A stretch of 64,000 nucleotides of DNA from the NCBI GenBank assembly GCA_963817895.1, contig CAWFQB010000004.1, positions 608,001 to 672,000 of the forward strand. The letters are read 5' to 3'. This stretch comes from an uncultured Chthonomonadaceae bacterium (lineage in GTDB: Bacteria; Armatimonadota; Chthonomonadetes; Chthonomonadales; Chthonomonadaceae). The notes beneath the pieces are model-generated. The model did no database searches. It saw nothing but the letters and a program-made list of their open reading frames with translations, and was not told the origin of the DNA. Shown one piece after another: positions 1 through 8,819 of this stretch; position 1 is the stretch's first letter; every line of letters starts with the position of its first letter. Made by a program: the position numbers and the translations under genes.

Positions 1-328
1 CCGCAAATCGGGGAAATCGTGATGTCGTCGAGCGGGCAGGGCAAGGTTCTGGACCTGAACTTGAAAACCAGTATCGCCCTTGTGCAGTTGCTGGACGGCA
101 AAGCGGAACTGGAATTCCCGGCAGACGAACTGCGTATCGAAAAAACGGAAAAGTGCCACGACTGTCAGGGGGTGCAGCGTGGATCAATTGCAGGAGGATG
201 CCGAAGAAGCCGTGACCGTAGATGTGGACACGCGGCGGAATGCCCTTGAAACGGCTTCCACGCGCGCTTCCGATCTGGCGGCGGAAATGCTGGCGCTGGC
301 GAGAGAATCGCCGGACAGCGAACTTTGA
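1..328 (+). CDS. C-terminal part of a PSP1/RicT(YaaT)-like protein, running off the window edge, apparent frameshift near 170
   Basis: Frame 1 reads PQIGEIVMSSSGQGKVLDLNLKTSIALVQLLDGKAELEFPADEL, resembling the YaaT/PSP1 C-terminus; continues in another frame to TGA 328; lies upstream of metG. Confidence 0.5.
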
Positions 329-345
329 AGCAGAGGATAACAATC

Positions 346-579
346 ATGCCCATTTATGAGTTTCTATGCAAGGATTGCCGACACGAGTTCAAAACGCTGA
401 AACGCGCCGAACAACTGGCGCAGGTGACGTGTCCGACGTGTGGCGCGGGAAAAGTGTCCCGCCTGCTATCCGTAACCGCCCGAACCGCTTCCGATGGCAA
501 CGCGCAGGGGGCGGAGATGCAGGACTGCGGCAGGCCGGGTGGCTGCTGTATGGGCATGGGCGGCTGTGGAATCAATTAG
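346..579 (+). CDS. FmdB-family zinc-ribbon protein
   Basis: MPIYEFLCKDCRHEF...CPTCG motif, Cys/Gly-rich tail; GAGG upstream of ATG 346. Confidence 0.9.
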   Translation: MPIYEFLCKDCRHEFKTLKRAEQLAQVTCPTCGAGKVSRLLSVTARTASDGNAQGAEMQDCGRPGGCCMGMGGCGIN

Positions 580-582
580 GAG

Positions 583-1724
583 CTCACCTTACGCAGGCGA
601 GCAGTTTGTAGTCACAGATTTGCTGTTGTTGACGGTAGAATAGTGTCATGGACAAACAACTTCTGGACCTTTACTCAGACTATCTCCTTTGTTCGTTCGG
701 CCTGACTACCGCGACGGGCCTTTCCACCCTGCTCGACGGCGCGATTAGCCACGACAAGATCACGCGGTTCTTGTCAGGACGTGACTTCACTTCTTCGGAC
801 CTGTGGCATCTGGTCAAACCCTTGGTACGGCAGGTACAATGTGAAGACGCAGTTCTGGTCTTCGATGACAGCATCGAAGAAAAACTCTATACGGATGAAA
901 GCGAACTCATTTGCTGGCATTGGGATCATTGCTTCAACCGCAACGTGAAGGGCATCAACATTCTGACCTGTTTGTATCGCGCGCCCACTGCCGCTCTGCC
1001 CGTTGCCTTCGAGTTGATCCAAAAGTCGGCTTGGGAAACGCATAAGAAGACGGGCAAACCCAAGCGAGTGTGTCCCAAGACCAAGAACGAATACCTGCGC
1101 GAGATGGTGGCGCAATGTCAGAAGAACCAATTGCCTTTTCGCTATGTCCTGGCCGACGCTTGGTTCAGCGCGGCAGAAACGATGATGCACCTCAAAAACG
1201 AAGGCAAAACCGACTTTATCTTCCCGATTAAGGCCAACCGCAAGGTGGCTTTGTCCCAGGAAGACAAGTTGGCAGGCCGCTATATGCCCGTATCCTCGCT
1301 TTGCTGCGAAGCGGACGCCGTATTGAACATCTGGCTGGAGGGGGTAAACTTCCCCCTTCTGCTGTGTAAGCAGGTCTTTACAAACAAGGACGGCAGCCAG
1401 GGCGTTCTCTATCTCGTGACGAGTGACACGACGTTAAGCGGTTGCGACATCCAGACGATCTACCAAAAACGGTGGAAAGTGGAAGAGTATCACAAATCGG
1501 TCAAGAGCAATGCGAGTTTCGCCAAGTCGCCGACCAAAACTATTCGGACCCAGAGCAACCATATCTTCGCCTGTTTATGGGCGTATGTGAAGTTGGAAAG
1601 TCTGCGTTTGCAGACGCGCTTGAACCATTTTGCGATGAAAGGCAGGCTCTACAAAGCGGCCCTTGCCAGCGCCTACCGCGAACTACAACTGCTCAAAGGC
1701 ATGAGTGCGCCTGCGTAAGGTGAG
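583..1724 (+). mobile_element. Complete IS (IS701/IS4-superfamily DDE), 1142 bp
   Basis: Perfect 17-bp terminal IRs CTCACCTTACGCAGGCG (583-599; reverse complement 1708-1724), flanked by direct repeat TTAGGAG (576-582, 1725-1731). Confidence 0.93.
648..1718 (+). CDS. DDE transposase
   Basis: VFDDS, VLADAWF and YQKRWKVEEYHK motifs; lies inside the IRs. Confidence 0.93.
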   Translation: MDKQLLDLYSDYLLCSFGLTTATGLSTLLDGAISHDKITRFLSGRDFTSSDLWHLVKPLVRQVQCEDAVLVFDDSIEEKLYTDESELICWHWDHCFNRNVKGINILTCLYRAPTAALPVAFELIQKSAWETHKKTGKPKRVCPKTKNEYLREMVAQCQKNQLPFRYVLADAWFSAAETMMHLKNEGKTDFIFPIKANRKVALSQEDKLAGRYMPVSSLCCEADAVLNIWLEGVNFPLLLCKQVFTNKDGSQGVLYLVTSDTTLSGCDIQTIYQKRWKVEEYHKSVKSNASFAKSPTKTIRTQSNHIFACLWAYVKLESLRLQTRLNHFAMKGRLYKAALASAYRELQLLKGMSAPA

Positions 1725-1737
1725 TTAGGAGCAAGCA

Positions 1738-2136
1738 ATGTCGGATATGACTGATGGCAACCCGGATGTGGAAGCCGCTCGTTTTCAGGGCGCGAGTTCT
1801 GCCCACGCCGCTGCGGGCGCAACTTTTGTGGGCAATGAACCTGTCCTCATTTTTACCGCGATGGACAACGAAGAAGCAGACGTGGTTCGCGCCACGCTGG
1901 CGGCGGCGGGTATCCCCGCCATGCTGCAAAGCGCGAGCGTAACAACCGTCATGGGCGCGGTTGATGCTGTCACGCGGGATACGCACAATTTAGGTATTGT
2001 CGTCGCGCCCTCGCACGTCGAAGCCGCCCGCGCCCTGCTCAACGCGCCCGCGCTCACCGAAGAAGAACTCGCGGCGGAAGCCGCCGCCGACCCGACTACG
2101 CTGGCGCAGGCCGAAGCGGAAGTGAGAAAGGCGTGA
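1738..2136 (+). CDS. DUF2007-like putative signal-transducing protein
   Basis: EEADVVRATLAAAGIPA...IVVAPSHVEAARALL pattern; AGGAG RBS. Confidence 0.7.
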   Translation: MSDMTDGNPDVEAARFQGASSAHAAAGATFVGNEPVLIFTAMDNEEADVVRATLAAAGIPAMLQSASVTTVMGAVDAVTRDTHNLGIVVAPSHVEAARALLNAPALTEEELAAEAAADPTTLAQAEAEVRKA

Positions 2137-2195
2137 AAGGTAGATAAGTAGACGGTAGATAGTAGTATCAATCTACAATTTTACTGCCGGACACA

Positions 2196-2336
2196 TTTTG
2201 CCAGGGGTTGAAACCCCTGTCTACATAGCCTACGGCCAAGCGTCCTTCGGACGCAAATGCTTATTTTCAGTGGATCGCGTCCGAAGGACGCCTGGCGGAA
2301 CGCCACTCAGACGGGTATTTTCAATGCCCGGCAAAA
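2196..2336. repeat. REP-like nested palindromic element upstream of metG
   Basis: TTTTGCC...GGCAAAA outer arms, CAGGGGTTGAAACCCCTG hairpin, CGTCCTTCGGACG/CGTCCGAAGGACG inner pair; AACCCCTGTCT recurs near 25770. Confidence 0.6.
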
Positions 2337-2369
2337 TGTGTCTGGTAGTGAATCTACCCATCTATTCTT

Positions 2370-4616
2370 ATGAAACCCTACTACATCACGACGCCTATCT
2401 ATTATGTAAACGGCCTGCCGCATGTCGGCTCTGCCCTGACGACGGTTGCCTGCGATGTTCTGGCGCGTTATCAGCGCCTGCGCGGACGGGAAACGTTCCT
2501 GCTGACGGGAACCGACGAGAACGCTACCAAAGTGCAGGAAGCGGCGATTGCGGCGAATGTGCCGCCGCAGCAGTTTGTGAACGAACTTGCCGGCGCTTTC
2601 GAGGAGTGCTGGAAGCAGCTGCACGTCGCCTACGACGTATTCATGCGAACGACAGACCCGCGTCACGTTCAGGCCGTACAGACGTTCTTCACGCGCCTGC
2701 TGGAACGCGGGTATGTGTATAAAGATGTGTACGAGGGCTGGTACAGCGTCAGCGATGAGACGTTTTTCCGCGATAGCGACGTGAATATTCAAGATGACGA
2801 ACACGGCACGGCCAAAGAAACGGGCAAGCCTGTTCAGCGAATGAAAGAAGAGAACTATTTCTTTCGATTGTCCGCGTTCGGAGATCGCCTGCTGGCGCGT
2901 ATCGAAGCCGACCCCTCCTTCCTGCTGCCCGAATTCCGCCGCAATGAAGTCGTCGCCTTTGTCAAAGACGGCCTGCGCGATATGTGCATCACCCGTTCCA
3001 ATCAGGGGTGGGGCATCCCCTTTCCCGGCGACGACAGCAAAGTCATTTATGTCTGGTTCGACGCCCTCATCAACTATTTAACGGCGACGGGATGGCCCAC
3101 AGGTCAGTGGTCAGGAGAAAAGGAAGAGCAAGGCCTGGCCCCTGACCACTGGCCCCTGACCACTGACCTGTGGCCTGCCGACGCGCATATCATGGGCAAA
3201 GAGATATTTGTGCGGTTTCATGCCACGCTGTGGCCCGCAATGCTGATGGCGCTGGATTTGCCGCTGCCGAAACAGGTGTTCGCGCACGGCTGGTGGACAC
3301 TGCCGTCCGCGTGGAAATTGAAAGAGGGCGAAAAGGCGGGGAAAAGCACGGGCGGGCTGCCGCATCCGACACGGTTTTCCGAGTTTCTGGCGGAGCGGGC
3401 GGGGATGTCGTTCGATCTGGGCGCGGACGCGCAGCGGTATCTGCTGTGCCGCGAAATGAACTTCGGCATGGATACCGAGTTTACGGTAGAAAACTGCCTG
3501 CGCCGTTTCAATACCGATCTTGCCAACGATCTGGGAAACCTGCTCAACCGTACCATCAACATGATGATGAAGTATTATGACAGCGTGGTTCCGCAAACCC
3601 GTGACCATGACCATGAAATCGCCGCGCTGTCCCTACAGGTACAGGAGGATTATACCAAAGCGCTGGCCGAGTTCCGCCTGAACCTCGCGCTCGAAGCCGT
3701 GTGGAAACTTGTTGCCCGCATGAACAAGTACATTGACGAAAAAGCGCCCTGGGCATTGGCAAAAGCGGCGAACAGCGGGGACGAGGCCGCGAAGGAGCAG
3801 CTTGCCCTTGTGCTGTACACCTGTCTGGAAGCCACGCGAATTGTTTCCCTGCTGATAGCGCCATTCATGCCCGTCGCCGCCGACGCCATCCGCGCCCAAC
3901 TGGGTTTGCGCCAGTCGGCAACGGATGCCCACTGGAACGATCTGATATGGGGCGGGTTGCCTGCGGGTACGCGCGTCAGCGCCCCGCAGCCGATTTTCCC
4001 CCGTTTGCAGGACTTGACCGTAGACAGGGACGCCCACGCCCGGTTGGGAAGCCTGCCGAAAGAGGGGAAAGAAGACAAGGAGACAAGGAGAAGAGGAGAA
4101 GAGGAGAATCAATCTTCAGTATCCAATCTAAAATCTAAAATCGAAAATCCAAAATCGAATATCGCCTCAAAGGAGAATGCGAACGCTGTGAGTGATACAA
4201 CAAATACGGATCAACCAACCACCAACTATCGACCACCAACCACCGTGCCGGGTACGCCGGTCGCGCCGGTTGCCGCCGCGCCGGAAAACGCGCCGATTAC
4301 CATTGATGATTTCATGAAGGTGGAACTGCGGGTGGGCGAAGTGCTGGCGGCGGAGCCGGTTCCCAACGCCACAAAACTGCTGCGCCTGACGGTGCAACTA
4401 AGCGAGGATGATACGCGCACAATTCTGGCCGGTATCGCGGAATTTTATCAGCCGGATGAACTGGTAGGGCGGAACGTTGTTGTTGTGGCGAATTTGCAGC
4501 CGCGCAAGATGCGGGGTATCGAGTCGCAGGGCATGTTACTGGCTGCCGATGTGGAGGGCCGCGCCATACTGGTCAAGCCCGATGGGGATGTTCCTGTCGG
4601 CGCGCGGGTTCGCTGA
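2370..4616 (+). CDS. metG: Methionyl-tRNA synthetase with C-terminal tRNA-binding (OB) domain
   Basis: YYITTPIYYVN, GTDEN, YVWFDALINY, DLANDLGNLLNR, ITIDDFMKVELRVG, NLQPRKMRGIESQGM. Confidence 0.97.
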   Translation: MKPYYITTPIYYVNGLPHVGSALTTVACDVLARYQRLRGRETFLLTGTDENATKVQEAAIAANVPPQQFVNELAGAFEECWKQLHVAYDVFMRTTDPRHVQAVQTFFTRLLERGYVYKDVYEGWYSVSDETFFRDSDVNIQDDEHGTAKETGKPVQRMKEENYFFRLSAFGDRLLARIEADPSFLLPEFRRNEVVAFVKDGLRDMCITRSNQGWGIPFPGDDSKVIYVWFDALINYLTATGWPTGQWSGEKEEQGLAPDHWPLTTDLWPADAHIMGKEIFVRFHATLWPAMLMALDLPLPKQVFAHGWWTLPSAWKLKEGEKAGKSTGGLPHPTRFSEFLAERAGMSFDLGADAQRYLLCREMNFGMDTEFTVENCLRRFNTDLANDLGNLLNRTINMMMKYYDSVVPQTRDHDHEIAALSLQVQEDYTKALAEFRLNLALEAVWKLVARMNKYIDEKAPWALAKAANSGDEAAKEQLALVLYTCLEATRIVSLLIAPFMPVAADAIRAQLGLRQSATDAHWNDLIWGGLPAGTRVSAPQPIFPRLQDLTVDRDAHARLGSLPKEGKEDKETRRRGEEENQSSVSNLKSKIENPKSNIASKENANAVSDTTNTDQPTTNYRPPTTVPGTPVAPVAAAPENAPITIDDFMKVELRVGEVLAAEPVPNATKLLRLTVQLSEDDTRTILAGIAEFYQPDELVGRNVVVVANLQPRKMRGIESQGMLLAADVEGRAILVKPDGDVPVGARVR

Positions 4617-4819
4617 TTTTCGGCATTGGATTTGATGTCTGGAACTTAGTCGCGTAAATAGTTGTAAAGGATACCAAAACTTTTGTAACCATTGCGCGTC
4701 TATCAGGCGGCACATCAACAGCGAGTGGGTGACATGACAAGAGGGGCAGATTTCTGCTGTGAAACCTCAATAATCTCCCGCTCCCTTCAATCATCTACTT
4801 CAGGGAAGGATGTAAACGA

Positions 4820-5623
4820 ATGAAACACAATTCTATGGGGCTGCTGGGCCTGACCGCGCTGATGCTGGTCGGCACCGGCATAACGGTACTGGCGCAGGAC
4901 GCTCCCCCGGCTGCCGGACAGGCTCCGGCGGCGGGCGCAGGGCGTCAGGGTGGCGGTCGTCAGGGTGGACGGGGCGGCCAATTCGGTGGGGGCGGCGTTA
5001 CGCTGTCCAGCCTGTCGGTTGACTCCCTCGACTCCGGACTGACGCTTACCGCCGATCAGAAAACCAAAATCAAGGCGATTCTGGCACAGAAAGATACGGA
5101 CACCAAAGCGCTTCCGGCTCTGCCCGCGTTTACGCCCGGCCAGCAGCCGGACCCTGCGGATCAGCAGGCCCGACAGGATGGCATGCAGAAGCGGCGCGAG
5201 ATTAGCACAAAAGCCGATACTGACATTCAGGCGTTGCTGACGGATGAGCAGAAGACGAAATGGACCGCCTATCAGCGGGAGTTGGGCGCGATGCAGCAGG
5301 CAGGTCTTCCCGCCGGCGTTCTGGGCGACCTGAAACTGACCGCCGACCAGAAGACGAAAATTATGGCACAGGCGAAAGCCAATCAGCAGGAGATGCAGGA
5401 CAAAATGCAGGCCGCGCAACAGTCCGGCCAGCGCATGTCCCGCGAAGACATGATGGCGATGCGCAAGGATGCTACGGATAAAGTCTCTGCGATACTGACC
5501 CCCACGCAACGCGCCATGCTGGAAAAATACAACCGCGATCATCCGCAGGCCGCGTTCGGCGGCTTCGGTGGCGGACGCCGCCAGAATGGCCCCGGCGCAG
5601 CGGCAGGCGCTCCCGGCGCGTAA
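4820..5623 (+). CDS. Secreted helical LTXXQ-motif (Spy/CpxP-like) protein
   Basis: Signal peptide, repeated LTADQKTKI/LTDEQ/LTPTQ motifs, Gly-rich ends. Confidence 0.75.
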   Translation: MKHNSMGLLGLTALMLVGTGITVLAQDAPPAAGQAPAAGAGRQGGGRQGGRGGQFGGGGVTLSSLSVDSLDSGLTLTADQKTKIKAILAQKDTDTKALPALPAFTPGQQPDPADQQARQDGMQKRREISTKADTDIQALLTDEQKTKWTAYQRELGAMQQAGLPAGVLGDLKLTADQKTKIMAQAKANQQEMQDKMQAAQQSGQRMSREDMMAMRKDATDKVSAILTPTQRAMLEKYNRDHPQAAFGGFGGGRRQNGPGAAAGAPGA

Positions 5624-5677
5624 CAAAGGATGAAGGATGAAGGATGAAAACATTCCTGTCGCTTCATCTACATTATC

Positions 5678-5715
5678 AAACAGCCCCTTTCCGTAATTGG
5701 AAAGGGGCTGTTTTT
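5678..5715 (+). terminator. Rho-independent terminator
   Basis: AAACAGCCCCTTTCC-loop-GGAAAGGGGCTGTTTTT between convergent genes. Confidence 0.8.
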
Positions 5716-5731
5716 GGTATCTGTAATGGCA

Positions 5732-5859
5732 CACCGTCAAGGCCGAACAGGTAGGGGCGCTGCTTGCTGCGCCCTGCATTGCTCATTGGGCGTCACATTC
5801 CAAGAGGGTTCAGCAAGCAGAACCCCTACGATGTACCCTGCCGTTCTACCTTGACGGTG
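5732..5859. repeat. REPIN/MITE-like element, copy 1
   Basis: Outer IR CACCGTCAAGG...CCTTGACGGTG enclosing GTAGGGGCGCTGCTTGCTGCGCCC and AGGGTTCAGCAAGCAGAACCCCTAC. Confidence 0.75.
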
Positions 5860-5920
5860 GGATAGTTGGCCTGTACCGTAGATAAGGTAAAGAGCGCTTT
5901 CTATCTCTTACCCCCATCCC

Positions 5921-7504
5921 TCATCCCTTCCTCATGTATTCATCCACAGTGGCGAGGGCGAACTCGTTGCCGTGCTGACGGGCTTCCAGGGCGATGGACA
6001 GGGCGCGGGCGGTATCCAGACTGGTGAGACAGGGGACTCCGGCTTCTACGGAGGCGCGGCGGATACGCGCTCCCTCGCGCTCGATGCGTTTGTCTTTGGA
6101 AAGCGTGTTGATGAGCAGGCTGATTTCGCCGCTGCGAATCAGGTCAACGATATTGCCCTCGCCCTGATGAAGTTTCTTCACGGTTTCCGCCGGGATGTTC
6201 TGTTCCTGTAGGAAACGGGCCGTACCCTCGGTTGCGATGACGTGAAAGCCCAATCGCGCGAATTCCCGCGCGATGGGAACCACTTCCGCTTTGTCTGCGT
6301 CCGCGACCGTGACAATCATTTTACCCCCGGTGGGAACCCCGATACCTGACGCCACCATCGCTTTGTACAGCGCGAGCGGATACTGCGCGTCCATTCCCAT
6401 GACTTCGCCCGTGCTTTTCATCTCCGGCCCCAAACTGATGTCCACTTTCGCCAGTTTTTGAAACGAAAATACGGGGGCTTTCACGGCGATACTGCCCTGA
6501 TCGGGATGCAGGCCGGATTCGTAACCCTGCACCTTCAGCGACTGGCCGAGCATAACCTTTGTGGCGACGTTGACCATCGGGATGCCGGTAATTTTGCTGA
6601 GATAGGGGACGGTGCGCGAGGCGCGTGGGTTTACTTCCAACACCTGCGCGGTTTGGGTTTCGTGATCCACGACAAATTGAATGTTCATCAGGCCGCGCAC
6701 TTCCAGCCGCTGCGCAAGCCGGGTCGCGCTCCGCACAATCTGCGCGATAATGTCCGGGGAAAGCGATTGCGGCGGGTATACGGCCATGCTGTCGCCCGAA
6801 TGGACGCCTGCCCGCTCGATGTGTTCCATGATTCCGGGCAGCAGGCAGTCTACGCCATCCGAAATAACATCCACTTCCACCTCTTTGCCCAGGATATATT
6901 TGTCCACGAGAATAGGGGCTTTGGGGGATACATCAACCGCGTACTGCATGTAGCGGAGCAGGTCTTCGCGGCTGTACACGATTTCCATCGCGCGCCCGCC
7001 AAGCACATAGGAGGGGCGAACGAGGACGGGGTAGCCGATTTCCTGCGCCACTTCAACGGCGGCTTCCGCATTGCTGATCGCGCGTCCCGCCGGTTTGGGA
7101 ATGTCCAGTTCGCGCAACACTTTTTCAAAGCGGTCGCGGTCTTCGGCAAGGTCAATGCTATCATGGGAGGAACCAAAAATCTTGATACCGGCCTCGTGCA
7201 ACGGTCTGGCAAGGTTGATAGCTGTTTGCCCGCCGAACTGCACGATGACGCCTTCCGGCTGTTCCCTGTCCAGAATGTTCAGCACGTCCTCGACCGTGAG
7301 CGGCTCAAAAAACAGCCGGTCCGACGTGTCAAAATCCGTAGAAACGGTTTCCGGGTTGTTGTTGATAATCAGCGCGTCATAGCCCGCTTCGCGCAGCGCC
7401 CAAACGCAATGCACGGAGCAGTAATCAAACTCAATCCCCTGTCCGATTCGTATCGGCCCCGACCCAATCACCACTATTTTCTTGCGCTGTTCATCCCCGT
7501 TCAA
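5921..7504 (-). CDS. carB: Carbamoyl-phosphate synthase large subunit, C-terminal half (with MGS-like domain)
   Basis: [56 protein letters not shown] start with GGGGGTG upstream. Confidence 0.95.
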   Translation of the reverse strand: MNGDEQRKKIVVIGSGPIRIGQGIEFDYCSVHCVWALREAGYDALIINNNPETVSTDFDTSDRLFFEPLTVEDVLNILDREQPEGVIVQFGGQTAINLARPLHEAGIKIFGSSHDSIDLAEDRDRFEKVLRELDIPKPAGRAISNAEAAVEVAQEIGYPVLVRPSYVLGGRAMEIVYSREDLLRYMQYAVDVSPKAPILVDKYILGKEVEVDVISDGVDCLLPGIMEHIERAGVHSGDSMAVYPPQSLSPDIIAQIVRSATRLAQRLEVRGLMNIQFVVDHETQTAQVLEVNPRASRTVPYLSKITGIPMVNVATKVMLGQSLKVQGYESGLHPDQGSIAVKAPVFSFQKLAKVDISLGPEMKSTGEVMGMDAQYPLALYKAMVASGIGVPTGGKMIVTVADADKAEVVPIAREFARLGFHVIATEGTARFLQEQNIPAETVKKLHQGEGNIVDLIRSGEISLLINTLSKDKRIEREGARIRRASVEAGVPCLTSLDTARALSIALEARQHGNEFALATVDEYMRKG

Positions 7505-7612
7505 AAATACACCCCCGATTTGAGTTGTTAGTTGTTAGGTTGTTAGTTTTGAAGGATACGACAGGCTTTGCAATGTCGCGGATTTTCACCTGACAACCTA
7601 ACAACTAACAAC

Positions 7613-8563
7613 TTATTCCCCGTGCAGCGTTAGCATCTCCTGCACAGATTTTTCTACCGATTGCGCCATGTCCGTCACCGATTGCTGAATGTGGGTGACA
7701 TGCGGCACAGTAGGCTGCACCTGCGCAACGTGGCTGTGCGTGAGCGACGACTGCACCAGGGCGAACGTCTGCTGTATCACTTCCTGCTGCGCTTCCAGAC
7801 GCTTCAAACTGGTTTCCAGCGAACGGGCGTTGTTCAGGCGCGTTTCGCACAGCGTCAGACTTTGCGACAGCGCGTGGCGCACGACGGAATCCTCCGCCTG
7901 CGCCAGTTGTTCGGCGATGCTGTGCCGTTGCGCTTCCAGATTGGTCACGCTGTCGTTTTGAATGGCTTCTTCGATCTGCTGCCTCTGCCGCTCCATCTGG
8001 CGGGCGTTTGCCAGCAGGCCATTCAAGTCGTGCAGGGTATGGCGCAGCGAATTTTCATCCGCGTAGTGTTCGCGGCTGACGAGCCATTGCAGCGTGTTGG
8101 CATACGTGCGCTCGAATGGCGACAGTTTCAGCAGGGGTACGACGGCATTGAGTTCTTCCACGCTGATGGTTCGGCGCAGGACATTGGCCGGACGCCGGTA
8201 CGCGATCTGGTGCGACGTGGACTGCAAAATCAGCAGCCAGGTGAACAGCGCGAACATGATGCCGATGATGGGCGTGACGCTGGCGACAAGAGAACCGGCA
8301 ATCGCTGCCAGAAAAAACGCGAGGAAGCGGGCGCGGGCCACGCTGCCCTGCACGTTGTCGCGCTCCAGCCGATGCTCCAGGGCGCGTCGCTCCTCTTCTG
8401 TCGCGTCGCGCTCGTTCATGCCGCGCACGAAGCCGGGAATGTTATACTGGCTCGACAACGGAAAAAATATATCATCCTGAAGATAGTGGTGCAGGGGCGC
8501 GGCCAGGCGCTCCTCCATCTTCGCGGCGATTTGCGGATCAAGATCATCTAAGCCAATCTGCAT
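7613..8563 (-). CDS. Hypothetical membrane protein with C-terminal coiled coil (paralog of 8820-9905)
   Basis: ATG 8563 with GGGAGG RBS (MQIGLDDLDPQIAA); 2 TM segments; helical C-terminus. Confidence 0.75.
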   Translation of the reverse strand: MQIGLDDLDPQIAAKMEERLAAPLHHYLQDDIFFPLSSQYNIPGFVRGMNERDATEEERRALEHRLERDNVQGSVARARFLAFFLAAIAGSLVASVTPIIGIMFALFTWLLILQSTSHQIAYRRPANVLRRTISVEELNAVVPLLKLSPFERTYANTLQWLVSREHYADENSLRHTLHDLNGLLANARQMERQRQQIEEAIQNDSVTNLEAQRHSIAEQLAQAEDSVVRHALSQSLTLCETRLNNARSLETSLKRLEAQQEVIQQTFALVQSSLTHSHVAQVQPTVPHVTHIQQSVTDMAQSVEKSVQEMLTLHGE

Positions 8564-8663
8564 AAGGGTTGCCTCCCAAAAATCTGCATTTCTGTTTACA
8601 TTCCATACGCAAATCGAGCGGCAATTTACGGCACTTTTCCCCACGAACTTATGGGCTACTAAC

Positions 8664-8815
8664 CCATCAAGGTAGGATGGTAGGAAACATCGTAGGGGTT
8701 CTGCTTGCTGAACCCTCCTCAAACGTTGGTGGAACCCTTCTCGAAACCGGGCGCAGCAAGCACTCACGGAGGGCGCAGCAAGCAACGCCCCTACATAACC
8801 ATTCTACCTTGATGG
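8664..8815. repeat. REPIN/MITE-like element, copy 2 (inverted relative to copy 1)
   Basis: Outer IR CCATCAAGGTAG...CTACCTTGATGG; inner GTAGGGGTTCTGCTTGCTGAACCCT and GGGCGCAGCAAGCAACGCCCCTAC. Confidence 0.75.
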
Positions 8816-8819
8816 AGGA

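Noticed and set aside
2170..2369. T-box or SAM riboswitch upstream of metG
   Set aside because: No T-box or S-box consensus found; the palindromes resemble REP-like repeats, with a partial copy near 25770.
8564..8785. N-terminal extensions of ORFs 7613-8785, 59473-60447, 57679-58674 and 24538-25044
   Set aside because: The extensions run through REP elements or neighbouring genes; downstream ATGs supported by an RBS or by paralog/homolog alignment fit better.
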